The notes under the pieces were generated by a model, which ran no database searches, was not told the origin of the DNA, and saw only the letters and a program-made list of their open reading frames with translations. From Malacoraja senta (taxonomy: Eukaryota): a DNA stretch of 64,000 nt. Location: positions 620,001-684,000 of the forward strand of contig CM075990.1 in the NCBI GenBank assembly GCA_038087875.1, written 5' to 3'. The first letter of the stretch is position 1. Each line of letters starts with the position of its first letter. The position numbers were made by a program, and so were the translations under genes. Shown in pieces: positions 1-10,829 of the stretch.

Positions 1-266
1 GCAACGTCATGTCCGCTATTTGACTTTTCTGTTGAGCGGCATTCGGTTCGTTGGCTTGTAGGCGACGCAGCCTTTCGGGTAGGTGGCGTTTCAGCAGAGC
101 GGCCATTCGGTAAGTTTGCTTTTAGGCGACGCAGTCTTTCGGTTATTTGGCTTTTAGGCATCCCGCCCTTTTGGTTAGTTTGCTTTTAGGCTTTGTGTCC
201 ATTCGGTTATTTGGCTTCCACTTCTTTGCTTCGGCTTCTCTTCCTTCGAAGCCACGTCCGGGTACC
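1..266. mobile_element. Right half of a palindromic non-autonomous DNA element (same family as 18861-19443)
   Basis: Aligns to 19177-19440; ends in GCCACGTCCGGGTACC, the reverse complement of the family terminus GGTACCCGGACGTGGC. Confidence 0.75.
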
Positions 267-1030
267 ATGCACTTGATCTCAGCTGCCTACACCTGTCCCA
301 TGCCTCCATCTAATTCTTGACCAGAGCCTCAATTTTTCTCATCATCCAAGCTTCTTTACGTCCACCTGCCTTGCCCTTCACCCTGACAGGAACATGCAGG
401 TCCTGGGCTCTTGTCAGCACACTTTTGAAAAGATCCCACTTTCCTGAAGGTAGACAACAATGCTGGAGAAACTCAGCGGGTTTCCTGATGTTCCTGATGT
501 TCCTTTTCCTGATGTTCATGAGGTTTCCTGGTGCTCCTGATGCTCTTTTCCTTCAAACAACCTGTCCCAATTTAGAATTTTAACTCATGATCCTGCCCTG
601 TCTCTATCCATTACTATCTCAAACCCCTAATAGAACTGTGGCCGCGAGTCCCAATAGGCTCATCCATGAACATTTCATCAACTTGTCCCTCATCATTTTC
701 CAAAGAATATGTCACGTTTTGTCCTGTAGAGCCCCCTAAAATTGCCTGAGGAAACTTTTCTGAACTCATTTCACAATTTCTGTCCCATCTATCTTTTGCA
801 CAATGACAGTCCCAGTCAATATTGAGAAAGTTAAAATCTCTTACTGACCTACTCCTGAAATTAGCGTAACTCAAACCTCCAGTCCTTCCTTGCTCCCTAT
901 CATTCTCCTGCCTATTCTGTCCACTCAAATTTCTTTCAACACCATCCATAACAGCTTCCCGCCTCTCATCTACCTCGATACTTCATAGTTTCCCACCCCC
1001 CCTGGCAATCCAGTTTAAATCCACCCACAT

Positions 1031-1349
1031 GGGCGGCATGGTGGCGCGGTGATAGAGCTGCTGTGTTACAGCACTTACAGCGCCAGAGACCCGGGTTCGA
1101 TCCTGACTATGGGTGCTGTCTGTTTGGAGTTTGTATGTTCTCCCCGTGACCAAATGGGTTTCTCTGAGATCTTCGGTTTCCTCCCACACACCAAAGACAT
1201 ACAGGTTTGTATGTTAATGGCTTGGTATAAGTGTAAATTGTCCCTAGTGAGCGTAGAGTAGTATTAATGTACACAGATCGTTGGTCAGTGTGAACTCGGT
1301 GGGCTGAAGACCCTGTTTCTGCACTGTATAACTAAACTAAACTAAACTG
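1031..1349 (+). mobile_element. tRNA-derived V-domain SINE with CR1-type tail
   Basis: tRNA-like head (GGTGGCGCGGTG..GGTTCGATCC), V-domain GGAGTTTGTATGTTCTCCCCGTG..TTCCTCCCACA, (CTAAA)n tail. Confidence 0.85.
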
Positions 1350-1592
1350 AAATGTAGCCCTAGCAAACCTGTCTGCCAGGATGTTGGTTCTCCTCCAGTT
1401 AAGGTGCAACCCGTCCTTCTTATACAAGTCGCCCCTGCCCCAAGAAAGATCCCAATGGTCCAGAAATCTGAGTCCCTGCCCCCAATGCCTCAGACACACA
1501 TTCATGTGCTCTATCCTCCTGTTCTTGCCCTCACTAGCACATGGCACTGGAAGTAGTCCGGGGTTCACTACCCAGGAGGTCCTGATTCTTAA

Positions 1593-2169
1593 AGGCCTGT
1601 CTCACGAGTCTGCGGTCATTGGCGGCGAAACGGGAAGAATCTGCCGCCATAGACCGCGCACTCGTGAGAACGCACAATTCCGGGGCTGTGCGGCGGTGTT
1701 CCCAACACCGCACGGTGCTAAAATAAAACCTACACTGTTGAAAAATATTTTCCTACCGCACAGCCTCCACCAGTGATGCACGAGTGCGGCACGGCCGCCC
1801 GCACGGCCGCCGCCAGTGTGGCTCGAGCGCCGTGCGTCAAACTTGTGCCTCCACAGCCTCCGCCAGTGAGGCACGTGTGCGGCACGGCTGCAGGCACAGT
1901 CACAGCTAAAGCGCCGCGATCAGGACGGCCGCCGCCACAGCCGCCACTAGTGAGTCACGTGCGGCGGGCCGACGTCATCGCAGTCGGCCCGCCCTTTTTT
2001 TACTTACAAGCACGTGGGACCAGCCGTATTTGAATCACTCAGCCCCCGCGCAGCATCCGTGCGGCGCTCCCGTGGATAGGCTCGGCGCTCTCGCCGTTGC
2101 CGTGCGGTCCACTCTACAGGCGAAGCCGCGCTTCACCGCCGATGACCGCAAACACGTAAGACAGAGCCT
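1593..2169 (-). mobile_element. Non-autonomous Harbinger (MITE), internal-deletion derivative of the family at 32766-38064
   Basis: Termini AGGCCTGTCTCACG / GTAAGACAGAGCCT flanked by TAA / TTA; 1593-2000 matches the reverse complement of 38064-37650 and 2000-2169 that of 32945-32766. Confidence 0.9.
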
Positions 2170-2569
2170 TTACCCTTTTACCTAACTCCCTATACTCATT
2201 TTTCAGGACCTCATTCCTTTTCCTACCTCTGTCATTTGTGCCAATGTGCACAATGACTTCTGGGTGCTCACACTGTCCCTTCAGAATGTCTTGCAGCCGC
2301 TCCGAGACATCTTGAACCCTGGCACCAGGTAGTTGCATTGTACATAATGATTCACATTCTGCCCATTCATTGCCATGTGGGCATGAATCCCCAATTTCTG
2401 GAAATAATAAAATGTATGAGATTTGTAATATGGTCAACCTAAGAAAAGGATGAAGGGGAATTAGGTTAACCTAGCCTCACAGGTTGACATGGTGGTGAAG
2501 AAAGCATTTGGTACATTTTCCTTCATCAATCATGGTATTGAGTATAGAGGTTGGGATGTTATGTTATAG

Positions 2570-2866
2570 ATTAGTTTTTTTGTTTAGAAGCGCAGCGCAG
2601 AAACAGGCCCTTCGGCCCACCGAGTCCACACCAGCCAGCAATCCCCGCACATTAACACTACGCTACGCACACTAGGGACAATTTTACATTTCTACCCAGC
2701 CAATTAACCTACAAACCTGTGCGTCTTTGGAGTATGGGAGATCTCAGAGAAAGCCCACGCAGGTCACGGGGAGAACGTACAAACTCCATACAGACAGCAT
2801 CCATAGTCGGGATCTAACCCGGGTGTCTGGTGCTGTAAGGCAGTAGCTCCACCACTACACCACCAT
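2570..2866 (-). mobile_element. V-domain tRNA-SINE
   Basis: Reverse-complement copy of the 1031-1349 family. Confidence 0.85.
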
Positions 2867-3251
2867 GCAAGGTGTTCGTTTGGCTGCATTTAGAGTACTG
2901 TGTTCAGTTTTGGTTGCCCTGCTATAGAAAGGTTGTCATTAGGCTGGAAAAAGTGCAGCGAAGATTTAGGAGGATGTTGTCACTGCTCGAGTCTGAGCAA
3001 AAGGGAGATTGGGCAGGCTAGGACTTCATTCCTTGAAGCGCAGGAGGCTGAGGGATGATCTTATAGAGGTGTATAAAATGATGAGTGGAATAGATAGGGT
3101 GAATGCACAGAGTCTTATGCCCAGAGCAGAGGAATCAAGAACCAGAGAACATACGTTTAATGTGAGAAGAGTAAGATCTAAGGGGCAAATTTTTCATTCA
3201 GAGGTTGTGGGTATATGGATTAGGTTGCCTGAGGAGATAGTTCAGACAGAT

Positions 3252-3648
3252 TGTAATGGCAATTTCAAACTTTTCCAATATCTAACTTTCCGGTGCCATT
3301 ACAGGTGGTGGGAGAGATCATAGGCAGACAAGAAAAAACGGATCTTCCTGTCATTATTTCCAGCTTAATTGCTTCTTTATTGAAGTAGTTTTAGAAACAA
3401 AAAAAATAACATACCAGATCCTCTAATTCTTATACAAATTGTAGCTTTCTGTTCTTACTATCTCTAAATCCTGTGACTGGTCTGATCTGGTCAGTCCCTC
3501 TCCCTCTATCATATATGTCACGCCATAGCCTCAGAATCTACGTATCAAATGCCCACCCCCAATCATTCAAAATAACACTGCTAAAAATATCTAGACAAAA
3601 TAATACAATATACTAACATAATTAGCCTAAGCATGAATGGCTCCTACA
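3252..3648 (-). mobile_element. Solo LTR with 5-bp TSD
   Basis: TGTA...TACA termini; CAGAT at 3247-3251 and 3649-3653; minus-strand AATAAA near 3376; the CR1 resumes after it. Confidence 0.75.
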
Positions 3649-3949
3649 CAGATACTATAACAGCATTAAAAAGACAGGTAGATGGGTAGGGAATGTTTCG
3701 AGGGTATATGGGCCAAACGCATGTAAATGCAGCGAGCTTAGATGGGGCATTGGATGAGTTGGGCTGAGGGGTTTGTTTCCATGCTAATCCACAAATAAGA
3801 ACAGGATCTTGATGATTTGTTGTGAAACTGCTGAATTTCAAGGTGACTATATTAACTCGAATATTTATAATGTCGCTTAAGATTTTTGGGGTAGTTGAGC
3901 ATTTTTGGAGTTTTCTCAGAAATGGTCTGCAGTATATACTGAAATAATC

Positions 3950-4085
3950 CATCAGTCTGAAGAAGGGTTTCGGCCCGAAACGTTGCCTATTTCCTTCGCT
4001 CCATAGATGCTGCCGCACCCGCTGAGTTTCTCCAGCAATTTTGTCTACCTTCAATTTTTCAGCATCTGCAGTTACTTCTTGAACA
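3950..4085 (+). mobile_element. Short Penelope-derived element (pLTR end) with a hammerhead-like core
   Basis: CTGAAGA-A-GGGT-TTCG-GCCC-GAAAC then ATGCTGC..GCTGAGTTTCTCCAGC; the same motif ends the GIY-YIG fragment at 58037. Confidence 0.7.
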
Positions 4086-4594
4086 TATACTAAAATAAGT
4101 CTGGAATGAACTGACATGCTGCTGCATGGGAATTTTTTGTACTCTGCCCTAATCTGAGCCGTAAATACAAGGGCAACTGGACCTCACGTGAAAGACAGAT
4201 TTAGTTTGCTGCCAAACATGCATATGAACAACAGTGTTATTCAGATATGAGGCCTTCAGTGTTGCAGTTTGTGCTGTTTTCCTCTGCTTGACCATGGCTG
4301 GAATTGAAGAGGTTTTTGAGAAGCATGGGTTTGGTAGTAAGGGGGAGAGATCCAGAAAATAAGTCTGGGGAGGGATGAAGCCTGGCAAGTGATGGGTGAA
4401 CATGGGTGAGCGCAGATGGGTGGGCAAATGATAGTGATGAAAAGGAGACAGAAGGGTGTTAGATAAGTAGAGTGAAATGTAAAGCCAGAGGGAAGGATAC
4501 AGGTGTAAAGGGATGGGGTGCATGGGGAAGAGGGGTCAGATAGTGGGAGCAAGCTCATATTCCTATTGCACACTCCTTTCTCCCACTATCCCAT

Positions 4595-4902
4595 CTAGGA
4601 CTAAAGACCATAGCCTCAGAATTAAAGGACGTTCCTTTTGGAAGGAGATGAGGAGGAATTTCTTCAGTCAGAGGGTGGTGAATCTGTGGAATTTTTTACC
4701 ACAGAAGGCTGTGGAGGCTGTCAATGGATATTTTTTAAGGCAGAGATAGATATATTATTGATTTGTATAGGTGTCAGGGGTTATGGGGAGAAGGCAGGAG
4801 AATGGGGTTAGGAGGGAGAGATAGATCAGCCATGATTAAATGGAGTAGACTTGATGGGCCGAATGGCCTAATTCTGCTCCTCTCACTAATGACTTTATGA
4901 CC
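4595..4902 (+). mobile_element. CR1 LINE 3' end
   Basis: HSLRIKGRSF..EMRRNFFSQRVVNLWN, then a CR1 3' UTR and short tail. Confidence 0.85.
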
Positions 4903-5480
4903 TTTGTCTTCCCCCCCCTCCACCTTTCCAGTCTAAAGAAGGTTACCGACATGAAAAACTACCTATCCGTTCCATCCATACATGCTTCCTAACCCACGGA
5001 GTTACTCCAGCACTTTGTGTTTTACTCAAGTTTCCAGTATTTTTAGTTCTTTGTGTCTCAGTTCTTTTAGTTTTGTTGCACAAAAAACAAATAGCACCAG
5101 GTGACTCGAGATTGAAATCTATTGACACAATGTTTATTCCTTTCACTGTTGTCTTTCATGTTTATGTAATCACCATCAACCCGCCCCACGCATACACCCA
5201 ATATCATAGAGATAGGAATATAGGTGGAAGGGTCAGGGAGGGAGGGGAAAAGGTGAAATGGGTGCTCATCTAGATGGGGCACAGGGAAGAAAGGGGAAAG
5301 AAGTGAGATGGGGCATGTTTGTAAGTTAGTTACCTAAAATTGGAGAATTCAGTTTGCGTATGGCCTCACTCTAGCAACAGAGTAGATCCCCAATCCTTCC
5401 TCTGGCTTTACATGTCATGCCTCTTCTCTCCTAATTTCCTTAGCTCGCACAATTGGTCTTTTCATCGCTGGCCTTTGTCC

Positions 5481-5814
5481 AGGTGGCGCAACGGTAGAGT
5501 TGCTGCCTTCCAGCGAATGCAGCGCCAGAGGCCCGGGTTCAATCCCGATTACGGGTGCTGTCTGTACGGAGTTTGAACGTTCTCCCCGTGATCTGCGTGG
5601 GTTTTCTCGGATATCTACGGTTTCCTCGCACATTCCAAAGATGTACAGGTTTGTAGGTTAATTGGCTTGTTAAATGTGAAAATTGTCCCTAGTGGGTGTA
5701 GGATAGTGTTATTGTGCGGGGATCGCTGGTCGGCGCGGACCCGGTGGGCCGAAGGGCTTGTTTCCCCGCTGTATCCCTAAAACTAAAACTAAAACTGAAA
5801 CTAAAAAACTAAAA
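5481..5814 (+). mobile_element. V-domain tRNA-SINE
   Basis: Full head, V-domain and (CTAAAA)n tail. Confidence 0.85.
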
Positions 5815-6002
5815 CCATCTTCCAATCAAGCCCCTCCCCCCTCACGTGTATCCATCTATCACTTGCCCCATTTCTTTACCAATTTCAAGGTCGAGACCCT
5901 TCTTCAGTATGAAGTCTTGACATGAAACGTCACCCATTTCTTCTCTCCATAGATGCTGCCTGTCCCGCTGAGTTACTCCTGCATTTTGTAACTATCTTTG
6001 GT

Positions 6003-6335
6003 AATGTTCCCAATGTTGGGCGAGTCCAGAACCAGGGGCCACAGTATTAGAATAAAGAGGTCATTTGAGCCTGAGGTGAGAAAAAACGTTTTCACCCAGA
6101 GAGTTGTGGATTTATGGAATTCCCTGCCACAGAGGGCAGTGGAGGCCAAATCACTGGATTGATTTAAGAGTTAGATAGAGCTCTAGGGGCTAGTGGAGTC
6201 AAGGAATATGGGGAGAAGGCAGGCACGGGTTATAAATAGGGAACGATCAGCCATGATCACAATGAATGGCGGTGCTGGCTAGAAGGGCCGAATGGCCTCC
6301 TCCTGCACCTATTTTCTATGTTTCTATGTTTCTAT
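6003..6335 (+). mobile_element. CR1 LINE 3' end with (TTCTATGT)n tail
   Basis: FTQRVVDLWNSLPQRAVEA motif and octamer tail. Confidence 0.85.
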
Positions 6336-6499
6336 ATAACCAGCAACTGCAGTTCCTTCCTACACATTTAGTCTTTTAGTAACTGGGATTGGATTAACTA
6401 ACCTGTGTCTCATCAATCCTATTCCATAAAACCTAGGCAGTTCCAGCCAGCCATGAAGATAGTGTGCCACTTTCCTACTAGCTATGTTTCCATTTGCAG

Positions 6500-7070
6500 A
6501 CTCTAGGCAAGACTGAGCTCCTGGGACAAGCCTCATTACAGAGAACGAGAGACAGTGCACCCACAAGTGGAGCAAGACTAAGCCGCCGGGACAAGCCTGA
6601 GATTGCCAGTACCCCTTCTTAGAACAAGACTGAGCCGCTGGGTCAAGCCAACACCTCAACTTGGAGCAGGCCTGAGATGCCGGGGCAAGACTGAGATGAC
6701 TATCACCTTGCAGGTCCACAAATGACAAGGGACTGTGTACCTGCAGGGAATGCAAGACCGAGATGCTCGGACAAGCCCAGACCACCAGCTCCTCCTCTTG
6801 GAGAAAGAGTGAGATGATGCACCAAGCCCGAGACTGCCAGTACCTCCTCACCTGCCAACAGATGATGATTGACTGCATTCCCACACAGAGAACAAGACTG
6901 AGCCAAGACAAGCCCAATACCACCATTGTCTGCTCTTGGAGCCGAGCTGAGTTGCTGGGACAAGCCCAAGACCACCAGTGCCTCATCTTGGGGCAGGAGT
7001 GAGTTGTTGGGGCAAGTCTGAGACCACCTACAACTCCTCACCTTTCCACAGATGACAAGTGTAAAGTCCC
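6500..7070 (+). repeat. Degenerate ~50-90 bp repeat array (core CAAGACTGAG..GGACAAGCC)
   Basis: About 9 diverged units; a related unit lies at about 9660-9690. Confidence 0.6.
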
Positions 7071-7136
7071 TAAAGCTATTGAAGGTGTACAATTCATTAT
7101 TACATTAAACCAAGTTGCCAGTTAGTATCTGCTATT

Positions 7137-7411
7137 TAACATATTCATTTTCCCTACCTTTGTAGTCCGCTGCATGCAAAGTATAGAGGACGCCAGCTAG
7201 TATCAGTTGTAAACATATTCATTGTCCTTACCTTGACACATGGGGCTTTCAGATGCCAACGGCTGGTATTTGTTAGTAACACATTCACTGTCATTATCTT
7301 TGTATCCTGTTTCATGCAGAGCTGAGAAGTCGTGATCTAGTGTCACTTATTAACATATTAAGTATCCTTACCTTTGTACCCGGTTGCGTACAGAACCAAG
7401 AAGTCGTGACT
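7137..7411. repeat. Degenerate ~70-bp tandem repeat, 4 units
   Basis: TAACATATTCATT.TCCTTACCTTTGTA-like core near 7137, 7210, 7277 and 7351. Confidence 0.65.
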
Positions 7412-8979
7412 TTTGTATAATGTAGGAGTAAAGTATGGATCCTGTAATTAACACATCAATCTACATATGAGGGAGGGTCTGAAGATGGGCTCAACCTGGG
7501 GCATCACCAATTCCTTCGCTTCAGAGATACTACCTGTCCTGCTGAATTACTCCAGCATTTTGTGTCCATCTATCTCGCCGTTGTACTTCCTCAGTTGTCA
7601 TCTTTTTCGTGTATAAATGTCCAAGACTAATCTTGGAGATGTGATTTGCATGAGACACCTCTCCCCTTGTGCAAGTAAAATAAACCTACTGTTGATGGTT
7701 AATGATTTGGGTCCTTAAGTCTTATTACGAGTCGCGGCTTCGATACAAGGACTGTAGCTTCACATGGACTCATGCCTCTCGACCACCCTCCTTCACTGTA
7801 AATAAACCTTTCCATGTGAGTTCATCCTGCTGTGAGTGTGCCGGTGTAGTCATTGTCCACATTGTGTTTTCCCTTACACCATAGTATGAAGATGATAAAA
7901 TACTACGAGCTCAGTTCCTTATTTAACGCATCGTCAAATTTGTATCAGCCAAGGTTAATCCTATTCATGCCACATCAGTACCTTGGTGATTATATTGATG
8001 TTACCGCGCTGGTGATGTTTTGATATCACATAAGAAACAGGAGCAGGTGTAAACCATCCGGCAATTCCATCTTACATGGTTAAAGTGTTGTAGAACCATA
8101 AAGCTATACAGCACAGAAACCTGTGGTCCACCTTGTTCATGCCAACAAAGATGGCATACTGGGCTGTGTCCATTTTTTGCATTTGACCCGCATAGTCCTC
8201 TAAACCTTTCCTATTCTTATTTCTGATTAGAACGGGTGTCAAGGGTTATGGGGAGAAGGAATGTGAAAAATGGGATTAGGAGGCAGAGATCAGCCATGAT
8301 TGAATGGTGGAGTAGACTCAATGGGTCGAATGGCCTAATTCTGCTCCCATACCTTGTGAACTTGTGCCCAAATGTCTCTTAAAAGTTGTAAATGTATCTG
8401 CAACTGTAGCTTCCCCAGGCAGCTCATTCCAGATATGGACTGTGCTCAGTCCTTTGGGGAAAAGAGTCTAAGGATTTATGAATAAGGAAAACTCCTTATC
8501 CTTGTGCTAAACAGCAACTTTTCCTCCAAATTGTGCCCCCCCCCCCGATCATGCTCCTCAGCCTGATGAAACATCCTCCCAGCATTCAGCCTGTCAAGCC
8601 ACGTGCAAGAATTGTGCACATTTTGATGGGATCTCTTCACATTCATTAAAATCCAGAGAACACGGTAATTCTCCGCTATTTCTGCCTACCAGAGAAAGGC
8701 TGGCATTCCGGAAACCAGCCCCGTGACTCTTTGTTGCACTCCCTACTTCAGTAAGGAGACTAAACTGTGTACAGTACTCCTGATGTAATCTTCAGATTGA
8801 CCAAAGGCCAATACAGTCACAAGAAGAAGCCCTTACTACTGTGATGCAATGGGGGAAACATTTTATAAGGCTCCCACATGGTAGGCTGCTCTTTAGGTTA
8901 GATCGCATGGAATCCAGGGAGATCTAGCCGACTAGATAGAGAGTTACCTTCATGAAAAGAAGTAGAAAATGATGCTGGA

Positions 8980-9386
8980 AGATAGACACCAAAAGCTGGA
9001 GTAACTCGGCGGGTCAGACAGCATCGCTGGAGAAAAGGAATAGGTGATGTTTTGGGTCGAGACCCTTCTTGGAAGCTGTGTGCTAGGTGAAAACAAGTTA
9101 TGGACAATGAGACTCAACAACTTTGAAACTAGTGCCACACAGCTCGTCCACAGCTAACAATGGCCTGTTTCCTTTATCATCGTTACATTTTTACATATCT
9201 TTCATTCATTTGTTCTCCATCTCTCTATATCACCATCTATATCTCTCGTTTCCCTTTCCCCTGACTCTCAGTCTGAAGAAGGGTCTCAACCCAAAACTTC
9301 ACCGATTCCGATTTCTCCAGAGATACTGTCTGACTCGTTGAGTTACTCCAGCTTTTTGTGACTATCTTTGGTTTAAACCAGCATCT
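8980..9386. mobile_element. Penelope-derived non-autonomous element with inverted pLTR ends
   Basis: Minus-strand motif copy at 8980-9072 and plus-strand copy at 9268-9386 flank a unique core; same layout at 50563-50842. Confidence 0.65.
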
Positions 9387-9871
9387 GGAAGGTTGTTTTT
9401 TAGACAGGTGGCTAGTGACTAGTGGTGTGTCTCAGGGGTCAGTGCTGGGTCCGTTACTGTTTGTGGTTTATATCAACTTTGACAGTGCCCTCTATTTTGG
9501 ATGCCGCTCTGATCCCTATAACTGGCTGACAGGCCAGGAGATGTCAATCCTCTGCAGCATTGGTAACAACTGGGTCCAATTGGCTGAGATTATTGGCCAC
9601 TTGAACTTTCAATTGGACTGTCAGGAAGGAAACCCTAGACAGCTGGCGCCTCTATCTGAGACTAAGACTGAGTGGTTGGGGCAAGCCTGAGGTGCAGAAC
9701 CTCTTCCTGCCCACAAACAGTGGGGTTCTGTGCCCAGACACAGATCAAAGACTGGCTGCCAAAATAATACAGAGGCTGCCAGCATCACCTCTTCAAGCAC
9801 AAAGCAGAGCTTCCAGGGAGAAACCTGCACTGTCAGCACCTCCTCTTGAGGCAAGGATGAACTAGCAGGAA

Positions 9872-10474
9872 TCAATCACTTGAAAGACCACTCAGACAAA
9901 AAATAGTCACCTCTTTTTATGGCATGTCCCACCCCCAGTGCATTTCCATACCCAATCACTTGCCAACATTCTATTATCGATAACCAATCACTTGCAGCCA
10001 TTCCCTTTCATTAACCAATTATCTGCATCCAGCTGTTCCCCCTCCTTCCCCAGTTATTTTCCATTCTGTAATCCTTATTTAAACCAGATGATTTCTCCTA
10101 TCTTGGGCCCCCTTATCTCTTAGTCATGCCAACTAGGGTTGTTACAGAGTTCCAACTTGGGCCCCCTTATCTCTTAGTCATGCCAACTAGGATTGGTACA
10201 GAGTTACAAAGGTCATATAACTGTCACAAATGATTTACGATAATTACTGCGAGAGAAGAACACAAACGCGTACAACACGGTTGATATATACAAAACACAC
10301 AAAGGCGAACACAAATGGCTTATCTCAACATGGACAAGCTAATCCAAACATGCAGACTTAAAGAGCAAAAGCTAAATACAAAGGATAATAGATAAAGGAT
10401 AATAGTTAAGTATCTCAAGTATTACAAACACTAAGAATATATAAAAAAATATAACGATACTGCTCTCCCATATA
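9872..10474 (-). mobile_element. ERV-A 3' LTR (U3 and part of R; U5 missing)
   Basis: Minus-strand polypurine tract AAAAGGGGGAA at 10476-10486; TATA-like CATAAAAA near 9920; duplicated block at 10102-10191; 9872-9957 is similar to 50467-50552 plus 50845-50852. Confidence 0.7.
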
Positions 10475-10829
10475 ATTCCCCCTTTTGAGACCTAATCGGT
10501 CTCACAGAAAAAGAAAAAACAAAAGCTGCACATATCGACGCCGAATCAGACTGCAACTAGCCCCCAAAATCAGGGTCCTCATATTTGTGTTGTTCAGCTT
10601 CATGGTGCTCTTTCTCTGGGATCCTGGGTAACTGGGCCAAAAACCCATCCGCATTATGATGGGGCGGGGAAAAAAGACCCAGCTAATCTTACAGACTATT
10701 GTTCAATATTCCTCTGGTGTGTTTTGCACGTCATCGTAGTATTCTACATGCTGTCCTACATGCTGTCCTACATGCTGTCCTACATGCCAAGAGGCATAAT
10801 AGGCAGTAAGTAAGTAGTATTCTATCAGT

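Larger units (their letters stand above)
290..2330 (-). mobile_element. Decayed CR1 LINE: ORF1 SGNH-esterase and start of ORF2 endonuclease, interrupted by a SINE and a Harbinger MITE
   Basis: Minus-strand peptides LPGARVQDV..VIVHIGTND, FLDHW..YKKDGLHLN (esterase blocks) and DFNFLNIDW (APE endonuclease); frameshifted. Confidence 0.85.
2485..3785 (+). mobile_element. CR1 LINE 3' fragment (RT C-terminus), interrupted by a SINE and a solo LTR
   Basis: RLGLHSLKRRRLRDDLIEVYKMM motif; CR1 3' UTR ending at about 3785. Confidence 0.85.

Noticed and set aside
1031..1110. tRNA genes (also 5481, 54431, 60030)
   Set aside because: SINE heads continuing into the V-domain and LINE tail
4188..4297. Minus-strand 110-nt exon candidate (CAG|...|GTGAGG)
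   Set aside because: Peptide not recognisable and its phase does not join the TIL-like fragment
6500..7411. CRISPR-like repeat-spacer array
   Set aside because: Repeats are degenerate, spacers are related to each other, there are no cas genes and the context is eukaryotic
7421..7878. Possible second solo LTR (TGTAGG...CTTACA, AATAAA at 7801)
   Set aside because: No matching TSD, so boundaries are unsupported
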